Positions 63,140 through 64,000 of a stretch of DNA of 64,000 nucleotides are shown in pieces. The position numbers and the translations under genes were made by a program. The DNA is taken from assembly GCA_965113315.1 (NCBI GenBank), contig OZ220365.1; one strand, written 5' to 3'. Every line of letters begins with the position of its first letter. Positions within the stretch are counted from its first letter, which is position 1. Below the pieces are notes generated by a model. That model saw only the letters and a list, made by a program, of their open reading frames with translations. It made no database searches and had not been told where the DNA came from. The DNA comes from Podarcis vaucheri. Taxonomy: Eukaryota.

Positions 63140-64000
63140 CTTGCCCTGGGTGCTGAGCTGAAGGGAGTGCTGGTCTGAGCTTGGGATCCACAGTGAGCTA
63201 CAGGCTTAGGGGAAATCAGTAACTGTTTTTGACCTCCCACCTGAGCTGCTTACAAACATGATTTTGCATCAGTTAGCTTTAAAGTATGTTTGCTTTTGAA
63301 TTTCCATTTGATGTCATTTGTTCTAGATGAATGAGACACAGCTTTGAAACTGCATTATGATGAAGCACTAACAAATCCAATAAGCACTATCAGTTGGGGG
63401 GGGGGGGCACGCATAAAATAGGTCAGGATCAGGGCTAGTGTAAAGGGCTCTAAGCCCAGCAGGGGACCCCACTGACACGAGCCCCCTGGACTTGCTGCAA
63501 TGTGGAGTCAAACTCACAAAATCAAGCGGAGCTCATGGAGTGTGTTTTGCCTTCCAAAACCTGGAGCCAATATTTATCAGGAATGGATACAAAGAAAGCC
63601 AGGGAGGAAACCAGGAAGTGGTTTTTGTTTGAAAGGATTGGGAGCTCAGTTTACTATTTTACACTTGGCTGCATCTGTCAGCCTTTGAGGTTCTCTGCAA
63701 AAACTGAGTAGCTCCAACAAGCTGGAAGTCCACCTGCCGCTGCTATAAATGAAAGAGAAACAAAATCTACACAAGAGGTCAATTTCAATACTGCATAACT
63801 TTTGATAACTTTCAAAGTCTGGATAATCATTTCAAAATTAGTAGGTGGCATAAGCCTTGCTTATGTTTGACTCTTACAAGGTGGTTGCTAGGCTCAGTCA
63901 CATAGTTACTAGAGCTCCATATTTCAGGCCAACAATAACATTAAAAATTACGAAGTGCCGCAAATTTTAATAGGCACTGAACAAAATCTCTAAGCAGCCA

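Overview
Repeat-rich vertebrate DNA, most likely from a squamate and probably a lacertid lizard. This is inferred from a full-length Sauria SINE, four copies of a CORE/MIR-like tRNA SINE with (TTC)n tails, and tRNA-headed SINEs with CR1 tails. I cannot recognise any host protein-coding exon, so the window looks like a large intron or a gene desert. The only convincing coding sequence belongs to transposons: a young L1 ORF2 C-terminus at 7376-8107, plus decayed L1 and L2 fragments. Other content: solo LTRs with 4-5 bp TSDs, hAT MITEs (8-bp TSD), Tc1/mariner MITEs (TA TSD), microsatellites, and a few repeat-free blocks rich in homeodomain motifs that may be enhancers. The most notable observations are: (i) a perfect 241-bp palindrome inside a (TA)n tract, carrying a minimal hammerhead-ribozyme motif in each arm; (ii) a second family of ~130-145 bp hammerhead-headed inserts with 12-bp TSDs, one of them internally inverted; (iii) two solo LTRs that appear to carry an acidic/Pro/basic protein-coding frame starting at the LTR edge; (iv) three different hAT MITEs stacked at the same 8-bp target site. 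Family names come from recognising motifs by eye, not from database searches.
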